Source: Cyclobacteriaceae bacterium (GTDB lineage Bacteria > Bacteroidota > Bacteroidia > Cytophagales > Cyclobacteriaceae). From it: a DNA stretch of 32,000 bases. Location: contig JAEUUA010000009.1 of NCBI GenBank assembly GCA_016787755.1, positions 21,263 through 53,262 on the forward strand. Direction: 5' to 3'. The notes below the pieces were generated by a model, which was not told where the DNA came from, searched no databases, and was given only the letters and a program-made list of their open reading frames with translations. The position numbers and the translations under genes are program-made. This document shows positions 26,947 to 32,000 of this stretch, piece after piece (the stretch's first letter is position 1; each line of letters starts with the position of its first letter).

Positions 26947-27651
26947 TTACTCCAACGGCAAAAATCCAAAGGGGATGACAGATGCTTTTTGCATGGTGGC
27001 ACGTGTGCTTGGTGGGGATATGATCGGTTGCGTTTGTAGCGAAGCCTGATACGCTGCTACCAATTGATCGCGCGCTTCATCATTAAACGTTACTACCACC
27101 TGCTGATGGCCCAACGCTTTTAGCAAACTCTCAAGATATTCTTTCCCCTCGGCTTCGGCCTGAATTAAAATGCGATTCGATTCGGCTAACTGACGAGCCG
27201 TGTCCATGCGCGAAGCAATCGTTTTGCCGAGGTAGTCACTCACGGTAGGATATAAATCTTTGCCCACATGAACTTGCACGGATCTCGTTTCACGAATCAC
27301 CATACGGTTGGTATGATACACCGGTTCGTTTAACTCAGCCCGAGGCAAGATTACGGTGCGCAGCGAATCGTTTTGCCAAACTAACTCAACGTCTTTTAAA
27401 TTTAAGAAGGCTGTAATGGTAACGGGCACTTGCACCATCGCGCGGATGGCTTTTGCCGGGTTGTTGTTCTTATGGATAAAAAACAAATCGGTGTACGTAT
27501 GTTTCACCAAATGCAATTCGCGGATGGAAAGTATTTGCTCCAACGTAAGTTGCTGGGGCGATTGGGACGGAGTAATGCGGCCGTAAAAGAATCCGCCTAT
27601 GAACGCGGCTACAATCAGGCCAATAGAAAGGATGGGAATGATCTTTTTCAT
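26947..27651 (-). CDS. DUF4230-like membrane-anchored protein
   Basis: N-terminal TM (IPILSIGLIVAAFIGGFFYG). The pattern ELHLVKHTYTDLFF...VQVPVTITAFLNLKDVEL...RTVILPRAELNEPV resembles DUF4230. The family call is from memory. Confidence 0.55.
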   Translation of the reverse strand: MKKIIPILSIGLIVAAFIGGFFYGRITPSQSPQQLTLEQILSIRELHLVKHTYTDLFFIHKNNNPAKAIRAMVQVPVTITAFLNLKDVELVWQNDSLRTVILPRAELNEPVYHTNRMVIRETRSVQVHVGKDLYPTVSDYLGKTIASRMDTARQLAESNRILIQAEAEGKEYLESLLKALGHQQVVVTFNDEARDQLVAAYQASLQTQPIISPPSTRATMQKASVIPFGFLPLE

Positions 27652-27839
27652 GTGTTAATAATTTTTGTGGCCACATGGAATTCGCATATTGAGATTTACC
27701 CTTTGGATCAAATTCTTTGATTAACAGCCCCTTGGGTAGCTTGGCTTATGCTCATTTCATGATGCATGCTATTAAGAAGGTTACTTAATTAAGTAAACCT
27801 CTGCACGCATCGCTACGCGCAGAGGCTAATAGAATAGAC

Positions 27840-28565
27840 TCATCGCACGTTGGGTTTGGTGAAACGAATCTGATAGGTGGCCCGTGTGGCTTCGCTGTTA
27901 TGGCCAAACGTTGCCCGTACTTGCTGGCGCACAGCACGCGCAATGGCAATCAAACTGTTCTCGTTTGTGTAGAGCAATTCATTGCGATCTCTGCGGGCTT
28001 TGCCCCAGGCCACCACGGCATTCAACACGGCTGCATTGATTGCACGCAACTCGCTCAGTGTAGTTTGTAAACTAGGTACTTGCAAGTCGGTGATGCCCGG
28101 TTGATAGCGGGGCTCGGCTGCCAAAGTTTGAATCAACTTCTGGAAGTGATACACCACGCTGCTGTAGTCGGAGCCATAGGTGCGCTTGCGCGTTACCTCA
28201 ACGGCAACTTCGTTGGCTGTTGATGCCACCGGTGCGCGATCTTTTAACACTTGCCCGCGAATCTTGCGCACCGCCACATACGCATCGGCCAGGGTTTGGG
28301 GCAACACCTGTGACGACCGCAGTTCAAACACAATACGCGAAACGAGTTTCTTCAAATTGATGTAGGCCACCTCGCGTTTGTTGGTGGCATTCTCTAACTC
28401 AGTTTTAGCTGTACTTACTTGCCGCACTGCCTCCCGACTGTTGGCCAATAACTCAGTTAAACTTTCCATGCGGAGATTGGGCTTACCGGGATTGTATGAT
28501 CCTCCGTATCCGGTGCAGATGCCTACGAGCTTCCCGAAGGCTTCTACATTTTTTAAGTTGGACAT
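27840..28565 (-). CDS. Hypothetical protein, predicted all-alpha, no recognisable family
   Basis: 241-aa ORF with clean coding-like composition and no competing ORF. G+C is noticeably higher than in neighbouring genes. Confidence 0.7.
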   Translation of the reverse strand: MSNLKNVEAFGKLVGICTGYGGSYNPGKPNLRMESLTELLANSREAVRQVSTAKTELENATNKREVAYINLKKLVSRIVFELRSSQVLPQTLADAYVAVRKIRGQVLKDRAPVASTANEVAVEVTRKRTYGSDYSSVVYHFQKLIQTLAAEPRYQPGITDLQVPSLQTTLSELRAINAAVLNAVVAWGKARRDRNELLYTNENSLIAIARAVRQQVRATFGHNSEATRATYQIRFTKPNVR

Positions 28566-28599
28566 AAAATAAATTGTTATGTTATACTTACATGCAACG

Positions 28600-28608
28600 C
28601 AAAGTGTA
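28600..28608 (-). promoter_or_regulatory. Candidate Bacteroidota -7 promoter box for the 27840..28565 gene
   Basis: The minus strand reads TACACTTTG (TAnnTTTG with one extra leading base), about 35 nt upstream of the ATG at 28565. This is a motif match only. Confidence 0.25.
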
Positions 28609-28725
28609 CTTATCTATGTTGCGCTTTAGTATCACTATTTTAAAAACTATTTAGTTGATGATAAGGACAACTACCTTGACGGTGTTGCGTTCTTAAGCGG
28701 CTGCTTAATAAACAGCACTGATCGT

Positions 28726-29025
28726 ATTGATACACTGCGCTACTACACGTGACGTACTGGATTTGCACATAGGTACACTACTCCCCTACAATGATACACT
28801 AGAATTATATATAGGTACACTGCTTCACTACATGTGGCACACAAGAATTATGCATAGGTACACTGCTCTACTACTCCTGACACTCAAGAATTATACATAG
28901 GTACACGGCTCTACTACACCCGCCATACAAGAAATATATATAGGTACACGGCTTCACTACACCCAACACACAAGAATTACACATAGGTGCACTGCCACAC
29001 TACACCTGGCGCACCGCTGCTTTTC
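28726..29025 (+). repeat. Seven-unit tandem repeat, period 42-43 bp
   Basis: Units start at 28726, 28769, 28811, 28854, 28897, 28940 and 28983. The conserved core is ATAGGTACAC(T/G)GCT(C/T)(C/T)ACTAC, followed by a more variable ~10 nt and then CAAGAATTAT. Confidence 0.9.
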
Positions 29026-29029
29026 TGGT

Positions 29030-29335
29030 GGTGCGTGACTCACGTGAGGACACAGACCAAGAAGAAAGGGAATACAATAAATTGAAACGCAATCCTGATC
29101 CGCCAGTTGGCGGAGAAGGATCCCCAATAAGAAAGCGAGATCCTTCGCTCCGTGGTATCCTTTCGAAGAAAAAACTCTTCTTTAGATTCAACTACTAACG
29201 AAACCCATTCATGATTCACTCAGGATTGGAATAAGATTAGGGAGATCCTTCGCTCAATGGTTTCCGAAGAGAACAACTCTTCTATAGATTCAACTGCTAA
29301 CGAAACCCATTCATGGTTCGCTCAGGATTGGACCA
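29030..29335 (+). repeat. Mosaic repeat array R3 (GGTGCGTGACTCACG motif, truncated b, two tandem c modules)
   Basis: The b head is at 29081, fused directly to an inverted copy of the b tail (CAATCCTGATCCGCCAGTTGGCGGAGAAGGATCCCC). The c modules are at 29137-29230 and 29242-29333. Confidence 0.9.
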
Positions 29336-29581
29336 CCGAACTAAGGCAAAACCACCTTTATTAAAAACGTTTTTGCAAACCATCATTGCCCATGGTTGGT
29401 GTTTTCACCAACCAATACACATAGCGGATCGGTGATAACACCGACCTAAGGCAAAAATTCTTTTCGAGTTTATCTTGCTTGCCCGGAATGACAGGTAATT
29501 ATTGACGCAACACTACATACCGAAGCTGTCATCGCGGGCGAGGCACGAGACCCGCTATCTCATATTATTTTCGTAGGGAAT

Positions 29582-29836
29582 AAAAAAATTGAAACGCAAT
29601 CCTGAGCGGCCAGCTTGTGCCATTCGTAATGATGCTTGCATGAAGATGTAACCTAGTCTAGTTGATCGAATTGTATTCTAGCGAAGGATCCCCTAAAGCA
29701 GAAGGTCGTTCTGTTGGGAGAATTCTCATTGAATGCTTGCATGAAGACACAACCTAATCGTTGACCGAAGCATACTGTAGCGAAGGATCCCCTGAATCAG
29801 AAGGCTGTTATCTGTTGGGGAGATCCTTCGCTCTCA
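29582..29836 (+). repeat. Mosaic repeat array R4 (divergent b module with internal duplication)
   Basis: The b head is at 29588. The ATGCTTGCATGAAGA...CGAAGGATCCCCT...CTGTTGGG block is present twice. Confidence 0.85.
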
Positions 29837-30235
29837 GTCAGTATTTTACTTTACGCACTAACTTCATCGGCAATCAATCTGCATCCAGCTTTCTTTCTTC
29901 GTTCTTTTTGTCTTAACCACAAAAAGAACCAAAAAAGTCAAGGCCGAAAAATGCTTCCCCCCTCATGCTAACACGCCACCCCGCTTTTCGGCCGGGCCAA
30001 CGCTCTTACGTTTTCAAACTTCAATTATGTAAATTATTTAGTTAGGAATTGTTGGGTCTGTTATCTCTTGCTGACTGCGAACGAATAGTAATAAATTATA
30101 ACATGTTATAATCCAAAGCACTCAACCTATCCCCCGCTGGCGGGGGTTGGGGGGTGCCTACGTTATTGTTGGGTCGCCTGACCAACAATCTAAATTCTTC
30201 AAACCTCGATTCGTATCTGCACAAAGCAAATTCAA

Positions 30236-30358
30236 TAAGTTGAAACACAATCCTGAGCGGCCAGCTTGTACCATTTGTATGATGCTTGAATGAAGACACA
30301 ACCTAATCGTTGGCCGAAGTATACCAGAGCGAAGGATCCCCGATAAGAAAGCCGTTAA
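30236..30358 (+). repeat. Mosaic repeat R5 (divergent, truncated b module)
   Basis: GTTGAAACACAATCCTGAGCGGCCAGCTTGTACCATTTGTATGATGCTTGAATGAAGACACAACC...CGAAGGATCCCCGATAAGAAAGCCGTT. Confidence 0.85.
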
Positions 30359-30665
30359 CACCCGCAGGCAAAAAGAAGAACGTCTATTTTTCTGGTGGCC
30401 TGCTCACTTTTATAACCATTCCCATTTTTTCGAACAACCGTTGTTGGTTGCGGCTGCGCGCAGGACGTTTGGTATCTGGTTCCTTTTGTTCCTCCTTTTT
30501 GCTTGCCGGATTTTCGTTTTCTGTTTTCATAGCATTATTTTTTAGTAACCCAATGGACGAGTTATTCACTCATTTTGATTTTGGGGCATTGAATATACTA
30601 CAAAATTTAACATGTTGGCAGAGGGCAAAAAGCGGTGCGGTGATAACACCGACCGGAGGCAAAAA

Positions 30666-31400
30666 TTACCCCATCCATTTCATAATCAACGAAAATAGAA
30701 CGGACAGCATAGGTATAATCATAAAGTAGCTCAGTCGCTTTGTTTTTGAATCCACATTTTTACTCTTCCTCAGAATCAACATTGAGTACGTCATAAATAC
30801 TAAAAAAGTAATTCCACTAAAGCTTGAGATGTAAAGATTTTCCGAGTAAAATGAGGTAAACATAAGTACCACCCCTACTAGTGCAATTGGAAGTTGAAAG
30901 GTTTGCCATAATGAAGTAGAAGTTTTTATAGTTAAGGATTTAATGCCACTTAATAATGTCTCAAGCTCCTCTTTGCGCTCAATCGCTGGTGAAACCCCGA
31001 TTGCATTCATCTTGCTATCACCAAGTATCGTCAAGGCTCCATTTTTACTTTTGATTATTTCCTGAACGTCTTTTATTAAAATTGTAATAGTGGGGGTATG
31101 CAGCATCTCTCTGCTAATGCTGTCTTCGCTAATAATTAGTTTATAGCTGGCCAGCATAGCCTTTTGCTTCTTTAGTGCATTCAAAAGTGAAAAGGTCAAA
31201 ACTCCTATCATCAAAATGATCGTAAATAATGTGCTCGTGCCCGTAATTGAACTGTTACCCGCATCCCCATTAAAAAAGAAAGGAACAATAAAGACAACGA
31301 GTATAACGATTATAAAGAGATACAGCATTCTTTTAATGATATTCATTTTTAATGCTTTAAACCCCTCCGGGTTAACTTTAAACTCTTGTGTACTAATCAT
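30666..31400 (-). CDS. Hypothetical integral membrane protein (2 TM, a soluble ~90-aa domain, then 2-3 TM)
   Basis: 244-aa ORF with clear hydrophobic segments. It is very AT-rich (a sampled line gives ~27% G+C). I recognise no family. Confidence 0.65.
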   Translation of the reverse strand: MISTQEFKVNPEGFKALKMNIIKRMLYLFIIVILVVFIVPFFFNGDAGNSSITGTSTLFTIILMIGVLTFSLLNALKKQKAMLASYKLIISEDSISREMLHTPTITILIKDVQEIIKSKNGALTILGDSKMNAIGVSPAIERKEELETLLSGIKSLTIKTSTSLWQTFQLPIALVGVVLMFTSFYSENLYISSFSGITFLVFMTYSMLILRKSKNVDSKTKRLSYFMIIPMLSVLFSLIMKWMG

Positions 31401-31630
31401 AAGTGAGAAGAAAATATTGCTTAAGATTCACCTATTTGGTTTTACTTTTCTAACATAAAGTACAACTACTACCACAATAATTATAGGAGCGAGAAATAAA
31501 AGGAGTTGTGTTATCATATAAATTTTATAGGGTTAGACCGGCTGTAAATCAAATTTCTAATATTTTTTTGTGTTTTCTACCAACTCATATACTCCCAGTT
31601 CTTGTATTCCTGTTCAATTATATAAAGTCT

Positions 31631-31985
31631 TCTGCGTTCGGTGATAACACCGACCGCAGGCAGAAGGGAGATCCTTCGCTCTATGGTTTCCGAAGAGAAC
31701 AACTCTTCTATAGATTCAACTGCTGACGAAACCCATTCATGGTTCGCTCTGGATTGGACCAAGGTTGGGGGATTCTTCCCCCGTGGGTATACAAAAAATT
31801 GGAACGCAATCCTGAGCGGCCAGCTTGTGCCATTCGTATAGGATGCTTGCATGAAGACATAACCTAATAGTTGACCGAAGTATACTAGAGCGAAGGATCC
31901 CCTAATAAGAAATCCGTTATCGGTTGGGGAGATCCTTCGCTCTTTACTCTGCTTAAGAAGAGAACTTCGCTGTGTAGATTTTATT
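31631..31985 (+). repeat. Mosaic repeat array R6 (CGGTGATAACACCGACC motif, c, d, b, degenerate c); may continue past the window end
   Basis: The c module is at 31668-31759 and the b head at 31798. The sequence is near-identical to the R2 modules. Confidence 0.9.
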
Positions 31986-32000
31986 TTTTAACCAGACCCA

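Noticed and set aside
30384-30569. Small Lys/Glu/Arg-rich ORF (61 aa, or 48 aa from the internal MKTENEN start) downstream of the membrane-protein gene.
   Set aside because: It has low-complexity composition, no recognisable family, no clear promoter or RBS context, and an internal palindrome. It cannot be supported without conservation or ribosome-profiling data.
29000-31852. ORFs 29000..29191, 30096..30299, 30158..30361, 30310..30729, 31508..31726, 31577..31852 and 31641..31841.
   Set aside because: The same issue applies: they run through repeat modules or overlap the better-supported membrane-protein gene in antisense.
23900-31960. Possible CRISPR array. The motif ATTGAAAC resembles the 3' handle of many CRISPR repeats, and its reverse complement starts GTTTCAAT.
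   Set aside because: The sequences between the putative repeats are themselves repeated, so there are no unique spacers. Spacing is irregular (about 200 to 2500 nt), and no cas genes are in the window.
1-32000. tRNA, rRNA, tmRNA, RNase P, transposase, integrase or phage genes.
   Set aside because: None were recognised by eye on either strand. The absence of a transposase means the repeat family, if mobile, would have to be mobilised in trans.

Overview
The window looks like chromosomal DNA from a Bacteroidota genome, probably Cytophagia-like. The evidence is a GroEL with a GGM tail, ~800-aa FtsX/MacB-type permeases, DUF4136/DUF4142/DUF4230-type proteins and TAnnTTTG-like promoter boxes. Positions 1-21000 are ordinary, tightly packed housekeeping and transport genes: the groEL 3' end, a TerB-like protein, adjacent OPT and POT peptide transporters, an ABC permease, a cupin, an APC permease, an aldo/keto-reductase-RidA fusion, a DUF4136 lipoprotein, a GH20 hexosaminidase, a GxxExxY protein, a methyltransferase/NMO/KAS-III cluster, cysE-cysM, a PycTM-like membrane protein and a DUF4142 protein. 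From about 21000 to the window end the character changes. Eight minus-strand genes are separated by very long intergenic gaps of 0.8-2.1 kb. These gaps are filled with a modular family of hairpin-dense non-coding repeats, including three tandem ~400-bp composite units at 25.66-26.9 kb. All copies lie in the same orientation. Also present are a 7-unit 43-bp tandem array, a 241-bp tandem duplication, several short palindrome families, and a relatively GC-rich two-gene island (26947-28565) embedded between the repeat arrays. I found no rRNA, tRNA, bona fide CRISPR array, transposase or integrase. The most unusual content is the oriented mosaic repeat system and the genes it brackets. Its function (MITE/BIME-like mobile DNA or a structured RNA family) cannot be decided from sequence alone.
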